NCBI GenBank assembly: GCA_963745975.1
Contig: CAVUZJ010000018.1
Location: forward strand, 119,715-183,714
Length of the DNA: 64,000 nucleotides
Direction of reading: 5' to 3'
Source of the DNA: an uncultured Pseudomonadota bacterium
Lineage (GTDB): Bacteria > Pseudomonadota > Alphaproteobacteria > Acetobacterales > Acetobacteraceae
Made by a program: the position numbers and the translations under genes. Position 1 is the stretch's first letter, and each line of letters starts with the position of its first letter. This document shows, in pieces, positions 1-9,726 of this stretch. The notes under the pieces are model-generated. The model was given only the letters and a program-made list of their open reading frames with translations. It did not search any database and was not told the DNA's origin.

Positions 1-2507
1 CGCATGAGGGGCGGGACAGGCGCCGTGACGATCACCTGCTGGACGGTGCCGCTCACCGGCACGGCGAGGCCCGCCATGGCGGCGATGCGCCTGCCGTAGG
101 GGCCGGCGGCGTTGACGACGCGGCCGGCGCTTATCGGGCCGCTTCCGGTTTCGACGTGCCAAGCGCTGCCGGCGCGCGCAAGCGCGGTCACCTCGGTCCC
201 GGCGATGAGCCGGGCGCCGCTCTTCTCGGCGAGACGACGAAGGGCAAGACTGCCGCGGAGGGGATCGCCGTAGCCTTCGCCGGGGCAGAAGTCCGCGCCA
301 AGGAGATCCGGCGAAAGGGCGGGCGAGAGCGCGCGCAGCTCATTGGCTCCGATCAGGCGGCTTGGGATGCCGTGGCGGTTCTCCATCGCGACTTTCGCGG
401 CGAGCCATCGCATAGCGCCCTCATCCTCGGCGACCGTGAGCCCGCCTTCGGTGACGATGCCGAGCGATTCGCCCGCAACGGCTGCGATCTCCTTCCAGAG
501 CGCGATCGCTTGCGGACCGAGGGGGAGGGTGGAAGCGGCAGGGCCGCCGTCGGACGGGCCCGATTCCGAAAAATCGTAAGCGAGCAACTGGACGTGCAGG
601 CTGCCGGCATTGGCGGTGCTTGCGGCCATGGCGAAGCTTTCCGCCCGCTCGGCGACGAGCACGTCGGTGCCCTCGCTGGCAAGGTAAAGGGCGGTGGCGA
701 GGCCGACGATGCCGCCGCCGATCACCAGGACGTCGGCAGTCCGAAGTGGGGCGGTCTCGGGGGCGGCGGCCGGCAGGGTGGCGGGGCGGCGCCCCGGGGG
801 CGTGGGGTTGGGGATGTGGGCCGCCATGAACTCCGGGCCTGAGAACATCAACGGCGCCATTGGCACCGGGCGCACGGGCGGGCGCGGAAAGGCGAAGGCA
901 AGGGGCTCCGGCTGCTCGGGGCAGAGGCGGGCAATCGCGGCAGCGCAGAAGCGACCCTGACAGGGTCCCATGCCGGCGCGGGTCGCCTTCTTGAGCGCGG
1001 CAAGCGAGGTGGCGCCGGCAGCGATCTCGGCACGCAGGCGGCCGACCGTGATCTCCTCGCAGCGGCAGATGATAGTCGAATCGGCGAGGGCGGCGGGATC
1101 AAAGCGGGACGGAGAGTAGATCCGCCAAAGCGCCCGCTGAAATGTCCGGGCGTGGGCAAGGGCGGCGTGGGTGGCGCTGGCAACGGGGGCGCGAAAACCG
1201 AGATCGCGGGCGGCGGCGAGCCCGGCGAGCCGGCCGCGTGCGGCGGCGACGCGGGCGCCGCCGAACTCGGCGCCGTCGCCGACCGCGAACAAGGTGGGGA
1301 GGCTCGTGCGGCCCTCTTCGTCGGTTACCGTCGCGAGGTGCCCGAGGCCGGTATCGACGAAGTGGTGCGCGGCGCCGAGCGCCCTGGCGAGCGCCGTTTC
1401 CGGCTGAAAACCTGCGTTGAGGGCGACAAGGCCGGCAGGGAGACGGCGCTCTCCGGCTGGGGTCGCGATACGGACGGAGGAGGGCCGATCCGCGCCCTCG
1501 ATCGCGGTGATCCCGCTTTTCCAGAAGACGGGAACGCCTGCACGCCGGAGGCGAAGGACGTAGGAGAAACCGGCGCGGAGAAGATCGGGCGCGGCACGGG
1601 CGAGGGCGAGGGTCTGACCGAGTGCGGCGAGGCCGGGGCGCGGCGCCGCCTCGATGATGGCACCGAGGCGAACGCCGGAGGCGAGCAGTTCCGCGGCGAG
1701 CTGGAAATTGAGCGGCCCGTTGCCTGCGATGACAACGGGTTCCGCCGGGCAGACGCGCTGAGCGCGGGCAAGGGTTTGGAGAGCGCCCGTGGTCATCACG
1801 CCGGGGAGCGTCCAGCCGGGCAACGGGACGGGGCGCTCATGGGCGCCAGGGGCGAGAATGAGGCGGCGCGGGCGGAAGACGACTTCGCGGCCGCGCACGA
1901 GGGCGGCGATCTCGTCGATGGCGAAAGCGCCCCAGGCGAGGGCATTGGTCTCGATCGTGACGCCGGCCGCGGCGGCGGCTGCGCGCAGCGCGTCGCCCTC
2001 GCGGAACTGGGCATCCGGCGCGGCGTGCACGTGGCTGGCGGCGAGCGGCTTCAGGTACTGCCCGCCGGGCTTCTCCCGTTCGTCGAGCAGCACGACCGAG
2101 GCGCCCGCCACCTTGGCGGCGATCGCTGCCGAGAGGCCGGCCGGACCGGCGCCGATGACGAGGATGTCGGGGGCCTCTTCCTCAGGCTCGGGCCGGCTCG
2201 ATTGGGGGGCGAGCGGAGCGAAAGACGCGGGCGGCGCGCCGGTCACCTCCATGCCGTCGGCGGCCTCGGCGAGGCAGGCACGCTGGCCCGCGCGGCCGTC
2301 GATACTGACCAGGCAATCGAAGCAGGCGCCGATCCCGCAATAGAGACCGCGCGGCGCGTCGGACGAAGTCCGGCGAAGCGAAAGGACACCGGCGGCGGAA
2401 AGCGCGGCGGCGACGGTCTCCCCCGTGAGGGCGGGGATTTGGGTCCCGTCGAAGCGGATGGTGATCTTCCGTCCGACAGGCCGAATGGCGGCGTGGCGAA
2501 GACGCAT
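1..2507 (-). CDS. Fused oxidoreductase, 3' end outside window: N-terminal 2Fe-2S domain + FAD/NAD(P) pyridine-nucleotide oxidoreductase + BFD-like 2Fe-2S domain (OoxA/HcnB-like), continuing in frame into a DAO-type FAD oxidoreductase (OoxB/HcnC/sarcosine-oxidase-beta-like)
   Basis: The minus frame is open from 2699 to the window edge, so it is absent from the ORF track. First ATG at 2507. Hand translation: MRLRHAAIRPVGRKITIRFDG...LYCGIGACFDCLV; DILVIGAGPAGLSAA and VVIAGNGPLNFQLA (Rossmann motifs); CRCEEIT...GMGPCQGRFC (BFD-like). It continues with no stop into MAAHIPN...ADVLVIGGGIVGLATALYLASEG... The ATGs at 2507 and 827 are in the same frame (difference 1680 nt). Confidence 0.75.
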   Translation of the reverse strand, partial: MRLRHAAIRPVGRKITIRFDGTQIPALTGETVAAALSAAGVLSLRRTSSDAPRGLYCGIGACFDCLVSIDGRAGQRACLAEAADGMEVTGAPPASFAPLAPQSSRPEPEEEAPDILVIGAGPAGLSAAIAAKVAGASVVLLDEREKPGGQYLKPLAASHVHAAPDAQFREGDALRAAAAAAGVTIETNALAWGAFAIDEIAALVRGREVVFRPRRLILAPGAHERPVPLPGWTLPGVMTTGALQTLARAQRVCPAEPVVIAGNGPLNFQLAAELLASGVRLGAIIEAAPRPGLAALGQTLALARAAPDLLRAGFSYVLRLRRAGVPVFWKSGITAIEGADRPSSVRIATPAGERRLPAGLVALNAGFQPETALARALGAAHHFVDTGLGHLATVTDEEGRTSLPTLFAVGDGAEFGGARVAAARGRLAGLAAARDLGFRAPVASATHAALAHARTFQRALWRIYSPSRFDPAALADSTIICRCEEITVGRLRAEIAAGATSLAALKKATRAGMGPCQGRFCAAAIARLCPEQPEPLAFAFPRPPVRPVPMAPLMFSGPEFMAAHIPNPTPPGRRPATLPAAAPETAPLRTADVLVIGGGIVGLATALYLASEGTDVLVAERAESFAMAASTANAGSLHVQLLAYDFSESGPSDGGPAASTLPLGPQAIALWKEIAAVAGESLGIVTEGGLTVAEDEGAMRWLAAKVAMENRHGIPSRLIGANELRALSPALSPDLLGADFCPGEGYGDPLRGSLALRRLAEKSGARLIAGTEVTALARAGSAWHVETGSGPISAGRVVNAAGPYGRRIAAMAGLAVPVSGTVQQVIVTAPVPPLM

Positions 2508-2602
2508 GGGGCGCGGTGGATGCGTGGCGAGGTGACAAAACTGGCAGAGTTGCGGGCAAGCGCAAGCGGTGGGGCGGAGGCGGACGCCCCGGCGGCGCCG
2601 GA

Positions 2603-4105
2603 TCAGCTCAGATACCGCTCCGCGAGGTGCGCTTCGAAGGCGGCGGGGTCAAGTGGCTTGCCCGTCGTCGCCCGGAGCAGCTCGTTGAAGCCGTAAAGGC
2701 TAGCATGGGCGTGGACATTGACGGCGAGCCAGCCTCTGAGCGGTGAGAGATCTCCCGCGGTGAGCGCCGCATCGAGCCCTGCCACCGCTTGCCGGGCGGC
2801 CGCCATGAGCTGCGCCGCGGCCATCGCGCCGAGGCTGTAGCTCGGGAAATAGCCGAAGACCCCGTCGTACCAATGAATGTCCTGCAAGCACCCCGCCGCA
2901 TCATCCGGCGGAGTGATGCCGAGGACTGAATTCATCCCCTCGTTCCACGCTCCCGGTAGCTCGGCGGGTCGAAGCGCGCCTTCGATCAGCGCCGCCTCGA
3001 GCCGGAACCGCAGCATCACGTGCGCGGGATAGGTGATCTCGTCGGCATCGGCGCGGATGAAGCCGCGGCCAACGCGCCGGCAGAGCCGGGCGAGGTTGTG
3101 GCGCTCGTAGGCCGGATCGGGGCCGAAGGCGCGCGCGAGTTCCGGCCCGAGCCAGCCGAGGAAGGCGTCCGAGCGGCAGGCCTGCATCTCGACGATGAGG
3201 GATTGGCTTTCATGAACCGCCATCCCGGCCGCGGCCCCGACCGGCTGGCGAGCGAAGGCAGCCGGCAGGTCGCGCTCGTAGAGTGCATGGCCGGTCTCGT
3301 GGAGCACCGCGAACACCGATTTGAGCCCGTCCGCGGCGTCGTAACGGGTGGTGATGCGCACGTCGCTCGGCGTGCCGCCGCAGAACGGGTGCTCGGAACG
3401 ATCGAGCCGCGCATGGTCAAAGGCGAGCCCGGCGCGCTCGGCCATGCGACGGCAGAGCGGCTCCTGGGCCGCGATGGGGAAAGGTCCGGCCGGGTGGCGC
3501 GGGGCCGGGCGCGCGGCCGCGACCGCCTCGGCCCGAGGCAGCGCATCGGCCAGGAAGTGCTCATAGGCGGCAAAGACCGGGACGACGTCGGCCGCGCCGA
3601 TGCCGCGCTGGTAGCCGTCCATCAGCGCATCGTAGGGGGTGAGGCCGAGGGCGGCGCCGAGCGCCTCAGCCTGCTCGCGCGCCAAGCGCACGACCTCGGT
3701 GAAGAGGGGCAGGACCGCTGCGTAGTCGCCGGCCCGGCGCGCCTCTCGCCAGATTTTCTCGCACGCCGAGTTGGCCCGTGTCGCCGCCTCGACGAGATCG
3801 CCCGGGAGCGCCATGGCCCGCGCATGGGCATGGCGCATTAACCGGAGGTTCGCGGCCCGCCAGGGGTCAGGGTCGGGGGATTCCTCTGCTGCGACGAGGT
3901 CCGATACGACCGAAGGGGCGATCAGGAGTTCATGGCCGAGGCCGGCGAGCACGGCGAGCTGGTCGGCGCGGGCGGCCGCTCCGCCGGGCGGCATCATCGA
4001 AGCGGCGTCCCAGCCCAGCACCGCCCCCGCCTCGTCGAGCACGGCGATGCGGGCGAAGCGCGCGACCAGCCGCTGATAGGCGGCGTTGGTCCCGGACTCC
4101 GTCAT
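2603..4105 (-). CDS. M32 family (Taq-like) metallocarboxypeptidase
   Basis: C-terminal 500 aa of ORF 2603..4693. Motifs HETGHALYE (HEXXH), HESQS, IRADADEITYPAH. Start MTESGTNAAY at 4105, forming an ATGA overlap with the surf1 stop. The upstream 196 aa are Arg/Pro-rich junk. Confidence 0.9.
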   Translation of the reverse strand: MTESGTNAAYQRLVARFARIAVLDEAGAVLGWDAASMMPPGGAAARADQLAVLAGLGHELLIAPSVVSDLVAAEESPDPDPWRAANLRLMRHAHARAMALPGDLVEAATRANSACEKIWREARRAGDYAAVLPLFTEVVRLAREQAEALGAALGLTPYDALMDGYQRGIGAADVVPVFAAYEHFLADALPRAEAVAAARPAPRHPAGPFPIAAQEPLCRRMAERAGLAFDHARLDRSEHPFCGGTPSDVRITTRYDAADGLKSVFAVLHETGHALYERDLPAAFARQPVGAAAGMAVHESQSLIVEMQACRSDAFLGWLGPELARAFGPDPAYERHNLARLCRRVGRGFIRADADEITYPAHVMLRFRLEAALIEGALRPAELPGAWNEGMNSVLGITPPDDAAGCLQDIHWYDGVFGYFPSYSLGAMAAAQLMAAARQAVAGLDAALTAGDLSPLRGWLAVNVHAHASLYGFNELLRATTGKPLDPAAFEAHLAERYLS

Positions 4106-4839
4106 GCACGCAGCCTCTGGCGGGCCCAGAAGCCGAATTCGAAGACGACGACCAAGGCGAGCCCGAACCAGGTGAGCGCGTATTCGAGATGGTTGTTCGG
4201 CGGGTGCGGCAGGTGCTCGGCCGGCATCGGGTAAACGCCCGGCTCGGCCCTGCCGAGCGCCACCAGCGTGAAGGGCGCGACGCGGGGCAGCCCGAGCGCG
4301 GCGCCGATCCGTGCGGGATCGAGAGTGTAGAAGCGGCGTCCGGGAACATCGTCGGGCGCCGAAAGGAGGCCGGGGCGGTCGGGTGGCCGCAGATACCCGG
4401 CGACGGAGGTCGGGCCGAGAGGGAGAGCAGCGGGAAGGCGGTCCGACATAGGGACCCAGCCGAGATCGACCAGGACCGGCGGCGCGCCGCCGCGCTCGAG
4501 CGGCACGATGAGCTGGCCGCCCTCTTCGAGGCCTTGCGGGGTGGTCTCCACCTGGTCGCCGTAGACCGCAGCGAGGCTTGGCAGCAGCCGGCCGGCGACG
4601 GAAACCTTGGCGTAGGGGCCCGGATGATCCGAGAGGGAAATGCCGGGCCGCGCCTCCGCCGCCCGGATCTCGGCGAGGATGGCGAGCTTCCACGTAAGCC
4701 GGTGGAGCTGCCAGACGCCGAGCCCGATCACAAGCGCGACCAGCAGGGCGGCGAGCACCCCGGGCAGCGCCAGCCCCTGCCAGCCGCCCGGCTTTCGCCC
4801 GGCGGCGTCCTGGCTAGCCGACAGTGACTGCGCTCGCAC
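4102..4839 (-). CDS. SURF1 family cytochrome oxidase assembly protein
   Basis: C-terminal part of ORF 4102..5094: LALPGVLAALLVALVIGLGVWQLHRLTWKLAI...NNHLEYALTWFGLALVVV. It sits directly downstream of ctaE. There is no in-frame ATG after the ctaE stop, so GTG at 4839 is the proposed start and is uncertain. Confidence 0.78.
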   Translation of the reverse strand: MRAQSLSASQDAAGRKPGGWQGLALPGVLAALLVALVIGLGVWQLHRLTWKLAILAEIRAAEARPGISLSDHPGPYAKVSVAGRLLPSLAAVYGDQVETTPQGLEEGGQLIVPLERGGAPPVLVDLGWVPMSDRLPAALPLGPTSVAGYLRPPDRPGLLSAPDDVPGRRFYTLDPARIGAALGLPRVAPFTLVALGRAEPGVYPMPAEHLPHPPNNHLEYALTWFGLALVVVFEFGFWARQRLRA

Positions 4840-5701
4840 CCCAGAGATAGACGCAGGTGAAGAGGAAGAGCCAGACGACATCGACGAAGTGCCAGTACCA
4901 GGCGGCCGCCTCGAAGCCGAAATGCCGCTCCGGCGAGAACTGTCCCGCCCGCGCCCGGAAGTAGCAGACGGTGAGGAAACAGGTGCCGACGATGACATGG
5001 AAGCCGTGGAAGCCGGTGGCGAGGAAGAAGACCGAAGGATAGATCCCGCCGTGGAACGGGAACGGCGAGTGCGTGTACTCGTAGAGCTGGCCACAGGTGA
5101 AGGAGATGCCGAGCAGGACCGTGAGGCCGAGCCCGGTGATCAGCCCCTTGCGGTCATTCTCAAGCAGGCAGTGGTGCGCCCAAGTCACCGTCGTGCCCGA
5201 AAGCAGCAGGATCATCGTCAGCAAGAACGGAACGCTGAAGGGGTTGTCGGTATGGATCCCGGCCGGCGGCCACTCGGCGATTTTAGCGAAGGAGACGTGG
5301 TCCGGAAACAGCGCGAAGTTGAAAAAAGCCCAGAAGAACGCTACGAAGAACATCACCTCGCTGGTGATGAAGAAGAGCATTCCGTAGCGCAGGCCGAGCC
5401 GCACGATCGGCGAATGGAGGCCGGGCGTGCCGCTCTCCCGAAGCACATCCCGCCACCACATGAACATCACGAAGGCGACGCCGAGGACCCCGATGATCAG
5501 GAGCGTGTAGTTGTCGAAATTGCCGACCATGATGATGCCGACAAGCACCATCGCGCCGAACAGCGCTCCGATGATCGGCCAGGGGCTTGGGGTGACCAGG
5601 TGGTACGGCTGTTTGATCCCGGAGCTGGTCACCAGGGGGGTGCCCAAGGGGGCATCATGCGTATCGCTGCTCATGCCTTTTCCGTCCGTTTCCCGGCCCA
5701 T
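4814..5701 (-). CDS. ctaE: Cytochrome c oxidase subunit III
   Basis: PYHLVTPSPWPIIGA..., FFITSEVMFFVAFFWAFF, HGFHVIVGT, AAWYWHFVDVVWLFLF. The true start may be the second Met at 5674. Confidence 0.95.
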   Translation of the reverse strand: MGRETDGKGMSSDTHDAPLGTPLVTSSGIKQPYHLVTPSPWPIIGALFGAMVLVGIIMVGNFDNYTLLIIGVLGVAFVMFMWWRDVLRESGTPGLHSPIVRLGLRYGMLFFITSEVMFFVAFFWAFFNFALFPDHVSFAKIAEWPPAGIHTDNPFSVPFLLTMILLLSGTTVTWAHHCLLENDRKGLITGLGLTVLLGISFTCGQLYEYTHSPFPFHGGIYPSVFFLATGFHGFHVIVGTCFLTVCYFRARAGQFSPERHFGFEAAAWYWHFVDVVWLFLFTCVYLWGASAVTVG

Positions 5702-5722
5702 GAATACTTGTCCTGCGGGCCC

Positions 5723-6538
5723 TCAGCAATGGCTCGGCAGGATCGCGAGATGGGAGAGCTTCCCATCCATGGTGAAGTCGCCGAAATTCATCGCCAGCCC
5801 GTCAGCCACGCCGTTCAGGAAGTAGCGCATGCCGATCTCGAAGTCGGGGAGGACCGTATCGGGCTTGCGGCTGAAGAAGGCGACGTGCACGCGCGTGCTC
5901 GGGAGTTTCGCGAGCGCGGGGAACGGCTGTGCGTCTCCCGCCTCGCCGGCTGCGGTCGGCGGGTCCCAGCCGTCAATCGCCACCGAGCTGTCCGAGGCGC
6001 CGTCCTCGCCGGTTCCGTCGAAGAGGGGCATAGCAATGAATCTCTTGCCCGCCTGGGCTGCCCGGACGATCGCCTCGGTCTGCCACATCGGGAACATCGT
6101 GCCGACCGGCAGCTTCAGGGTCGCGGGCTTCGGCGCCGTGTAGGTCACCTCTCCCGGTCCGCCCGGCCGGTCGAGATGCGCCTCGCCGTCCAACCGGTCG
6201 TCGACCTCGCCGTCGGTCGTGTCTACGGTGTGGAAACGAAAGGCCAGCCCGTCCTTCGCCTCCCAGGTCGCGTAATCGGAGACCGTATGAGTCACCTGCC
6301 CGTCCCCGTCGATTAGCGTCATCTGCAGCCGCTGGCGCACGGCCCAGCCATTGCAGGCGTCGATCACCTCGTAGCCCATCTGGCCGCTGCCCGCGACCAC
6401 ATCCCCGCCAGCGGGCGCCCCGAGCCGGAGCTGGTAGAGGGCGTCCTGGCCGACGAAGGGCAGTGCCGGCGGCGCGGCGCGTGCGGAGACCACCACGAAC
6501 AGCCCACCCAGCACGAAAAGCGTCAGAATTCGGCGCAT
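5723..6538 (-). CDS. DUF1849 (EipB-like) periplasmic protein
   Basis: Start MRRILTLFVLGGLFVVVSARA (signal peptide) at 6538. The pattern ...MGYEVIDACNGW...FPMWQTEAI...DGTGEDG...RYFLNGVADGLAMNFGDFTMDGKL fits my memory of the alphaproteobacterial DUF1849 family. The upstream part of ORF 5723..6937 is antisense to the aspS 3' region. Confidence 0.7.
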   Translation of the reverse strand: MRRILTLFVLGGLFVVVSARAAPPALPFVGQDALYQLRLGAPAGGDVVAGSGQMGYEVIDACNGWAVRQRLQMTLIDGDGQVTHTVSDYATWEAKDGLAFRFHTVDTTDGEVDDRLDGEAHLDRPGGPGEVTYTAPKPATLKLPVGTMFPMWQTEAIVRAAQAGKRFIAMPLFDGTGEDGASDSSVAIDGWDPPTAAGEAGDAQPFPALAKLPSTRVHVAFFSRKPDTVLPDFEIGMRYFLNGVADGLAMNFGDFTMDGKLSHLAILPSHC

Positions 6539-6588
6539 GCGAGCTCCGGGTTGCGTACGATCACGATACAGACAATCGGCCGCTTCTG

Positions 6589-8376
6589 TCAGCCAGCGTC
6601 GGCCTTGGGCAGCAGATCGAGCCGGATCGCAAGTTCCTTGAGCCTCGCCGGCGATACCTCCGCGGGCGCCCCCATCATCAGGTCCTCTCCCCGCTGGTTG
6701 AGCGGGAAGAGGATCGCCTCCCGGATGTTCGGCTCCTCCGCGAGCAGCATCACGATCCGGTCGATCCCCGGCGCCGAACCGCCGTGCGGCGGGGCGCCGT
6801 AGCGGAACGCGTTCAACATGCCGCCGAAGCGCCGCTCGACCTCCTCGGCCGGATAGCCCGCGATCGCGAAGGCGCGCACCATGATGTCGGGCCGGTGGTT
6901 GCGGATCGCGCCCGAGGAGAGCTCCACGCCGTTGCACACGATGTCGTACTGAAAGGCCTTGATCGAGAGCGGGTCGTCTGTCTCGAGCGCTTCCAGCCCA
7001 CCCTGGGGCATGCTGAAGGGGTTATGGCTGAAGTCGATCTCGCCGGTCTCCTCGTTTCGCTCGTACATGGGGAAGTCGGTGATCCAGCAGAAGCGGAAGG
7101 CATTGCGTTCGCAAAGCCCGAGCTCCTCGCCGAGCCGCATGCGCACCGCGCCCGCGAACTTTTCCGCGACCGTCCGCTCGCCCGCCGCGAAGAACACCGC
7201 ATCGCCGACGCCGATGTCGCAAGCGGCGCGAATCGCCGTGATTCGCTCTGCCTCGAGGTTGCGCGCAAGCGGTCCCTTCGGTCCCTCCTTCTCGAACGCG
7301 ATGTAGCCAAGGCCGCCCGCGCCTTCCGCCCGCGCCCACTCGTTGAGCCGGTCGAAGAAGCTGCGCGGCCTCGCTGCCCCGCCCGGCGCCGGGATCGCCC
7401 GGACGACGCCGCCGGAGGCAGCGATCCGGGCGAAGAGCGCGAAGCCGGAATCCAGAAAATGCTCGGTCACGTCACGGATCTTCACAGGATTGCGCAGGTC
7501 CGGCTTGTCGGTGCCGTAGTCGGCGAGCGCCGTTTCGTAGGGAATGCGCGGGAAGGGCGGCGCCGTCACCGCCCGCCCGGCCGCGAACTCGGAGAAGACG
7601 CCCGCCATCACCGGCTCGATCGCGGCGAAGACGTCCTCCTGGATCACGAAGCTCATTTCGAAATCGAGCTGGTAGAACTCGCCCGGGCTGCGGTCGGCGC
7701 GCGAGGCCTCGTCGCGAAAGCAGGGCGCGATCTGGAAGTAGCGATCGAAGCCGGCCACCATGATGAGCTGCTTGAACTGCTGCGGCGCCTGGGGCAGCGC
7801 ATAGAACTTCCCGGGATGCAGCCGCGCCGGCACCAGGAAGTCACGCGCGCCCTCGGGCGAGGAAGCGGTCAGGATCGGCGTCGCGAACTCGACGAACCCG
7901 GCCCCCTGCATCCGCCGGCGGATCGAGGCGATCACCGCCGCCCGGAGCATGATGTTCCGGTGCATCTTCTCGCGCCTGAGATCAAGGAAGCGGTATTTGA
8001 GCCTGAGATCTTCGGGGAATTCCGCGTCGCCGGCGACCTGGATCGGCAGCACCTCCGCCGCGGACTGCACGGCGAGCTCCGAGGCCCGAAGCTCGATCTC
8101 CCCGGTGGGAAGCTTGGGGTTGGCCGTACCCGGCGCGCGCCGCACGATCTTGCCCGTCAGCGTCACTACGCTTTCCGCCCGGAGCCGCTCGACCTCGGCG
8201 AACACCCCGCTCTCGCGATCGACCACGCATTGCGTGAGGCCGTAATGATCCCGAAGATCGATGAAGAGCAGCCCGCCGTGGTCGCGCTTAGCGTGCACCC
8301 AGCCGGAAAGCCGGGCGGTGATCCCGATGTCGGTGGCGCGAAGCGCACCGCAATCATGCGTGCGATATGGATGCAT
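6589..8376 (-). CDS. aspS: Aspartate--tRNA ligase
   Basis: 595 aa. [13 protein letters not shown]...[33 protein letters not shown] and [14 protein letters not shown] are class IIb aaRS motifs. Confidence 0.97.
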   Translation of the reverse strand: MHPYRTHDCGALRATDIGITARLSGWVHAKRDHGGLLFIDLRDHYGLTQCVVDRESGVFAEVERLRAESVVTLTGKIVRRAPGTANPKLPTGEIELRASELAVQSAAEVLPIQVAGDAEFPEDLRLKYRFLDLRREKMHRNIMLRAAVIASIRRRMQGAGFVEFATPILTASSPEGARDFLVPARLHPGKFYALPQAPQQFKQLIMVAGFDRYFQIAPCFRDEASRADRSPGEFYQLDFEMSFVIQEDVFAAIEPVMAGVFSEFAAGRAVTAPPFPRIPYETALADYGTDKPDLRNPVKIRDVTEHFLDSGFALFARIAASGGVVRAIPAPGGAARPRSFFDRLNEWARAEGAGGLGYIAFEKEGPKGPLARNLEAERITAIRAACDIGVGDAVFFAAGERTVAEKFAGAVRMRLGEELGLCERNAFRFCWITDFPMYERNEETGEIDFSHNPFSMPQGGLEALETDDPLSIKAFQYDIVCNGVELSSGAIRNHRPDIMVRAFAIAGYPAEEVERRFGGMLNAFRYGAPPHGGSAPGIDRIVMLLAEEPNIREAILFPLNQRGEDLMMGAPAEVSPARLKELAIRLDLLPKADAG

Positions 8377-8508
8377 CAGGGAGATCCGCTCGGGGAAAGC
8401 ACGGCAAAAGCCCCCTTCGACCCAGTTCTGTCAACCGGGTCCTCTGTCAAACCGGTGCCGTGACCCGCCGCCCTTCCCCGCCACGGACGGCGCGTGTAGA
8501 AGCGGGGC

Positions 8509-9717
8509 ATGGACCGTCCCGTCCACGCGGAAGCCGCCGCGACGCGCCCGGGAACTCCGCCCGTCGCCCTGATCGACAGCACGGATGCGCTGGCCGGGCT
8601 CTGCGCGCGGCTGCGCGGAGAGCGATTCGTCACCGTCGATACCGAATTCATGCGCGAGCGCACGTACTGGCCCAGGCTCTGCGTCGTCCAGCTAGCCGGT
8701 GCGGGCGAGACGGCGGTGATCGATGCCGAGGCACCGGGGATCGACCTTGCTCCGCTCGGAGAATTGCTTGCCGATCAGGGAGTGACCAAGGTCTTCCACG
8801 CCGCCCGGCAGGACGTTGAGATTTTTCTTTTGGTTTTCGGCCGGGTGCCGGAGCCGCTGTTCGACACGCAGGTGGCGGCGATGGTCGCGGGCTACGGCGA
8901 TCAAGTCGGGTACGACCAACTCGTCTCGTCGCTGACCGGCGGCGTGATCGACAAGGCCCACCGCTTCAGCGACTGGTCGGCCCGGCCGCTCTCGGCGGCC
9001 CAGATCTTCTATGCCGCTTCCGACGTCACCTATCTCCGCACCGTCTATGAGAAGCTGGCCGCCCGCCTCGAGCGCGAGGGCCGGCTCGCATGGGTCGCCG
9101 AGGAGATGGCGGTGCTCACCGAGCCTGCGACCTACCGCAACGATCCCGAGACAATGTGGGAACGGCTCAAGCCGCGCACCGCCAACCGTCGCATGCTCGG
9201 CATCCTCCGCGCCGTCGCCGCATGGCGCGAGCGCGAAGCGCAACGGGTGGACATTCCCCGCCAGCGGCTGCTCAAGGACGAGACCCTGCTCGAGATCGCG
9301 GCGACCGCGCCCGCCACGCCCGACGCCCTCGCCCGGGCGCGTGGCCTCGGCCGCGGCTTCGCCGAGGGGAGGATCGGCGCCTCTCTCCTCGCTGTCATCG
9401 CCGCGGCCAAGGCGCTGCCCGAGGAAGCGCTGCCTCAACCGCCGGCGACGCGCCCGGGGAGCCGCCCCGGCCCCGCGCTTGTCGCCCTTCTCAAGGTCCT
9501 GCTCGCGGCGAAGTGCGAGGCCCATCATGTCGCCCCGCGGCTGGTTGCCTCCGCCGAGGAGATCGAACGGCTCGCCGCCGAGGACGGAGCGGACATCGCG
9601 GCCCTTTCCGGTTGGCGTCGCGAGATTTTCGGCGCCGACGCGCTGGCCCTCAAGGAAGGCGTCATCGCACTCGGCGTCGAAGGCCGCCGCGTCAAGCTCA
9701 TCCCGCTTTCCGCGTGA
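8509..9717 (+). CDS. rnd: Ribonuclease D
   Basis: DEDDy exonuclease motifs VTVDTEFMRERTYWPRLCVVQL, KVFHAARQDVEIF, YAASDVTYL, followed by an HRDC-like region. Confidence 0.9.
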   Translation: MDRPVHAEAAATRPGTPPVALIDSTDALAGLCARLRGERFVTVDTEFMRERTYWPRLCVVQLAGAGETAVIDAEAPGIDLAPLGELLADQGVTKVFHAARQDVEIFLLVFGRVPEPLFDTQVAAMVAGYGDQVGYDQLVSSLTGGVIDKAHRFSDWSARPLSAAQIFYAASDVTYLRTVYEKLAARLEREGRLAWVAEEMAVLTEPATYRNDPETMWERLKPRTANRRMLGILRAVAAWREREAQRVDIPRQRLLKDETLLEIAATAPATPDALARARGLGRGFAEGRIGASLLAVIAAAKALPEEALPQPPATRPGSRPGPALVALLKVLLAAKCEAHHVAPRLVASAEEIERLAAEDGADIAALSGWRREIFGADALALKEGVIALGVEGRRVKLIPLSA

Positions 9718-9726
9718 TCGGTGAGG

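Noticed and set aside
6463-8463. 666-aa plus-strand ORF
   Set aside because: It is antisense to aspS, Arg/Glu/Asp/Leu-rich and has no motifs.
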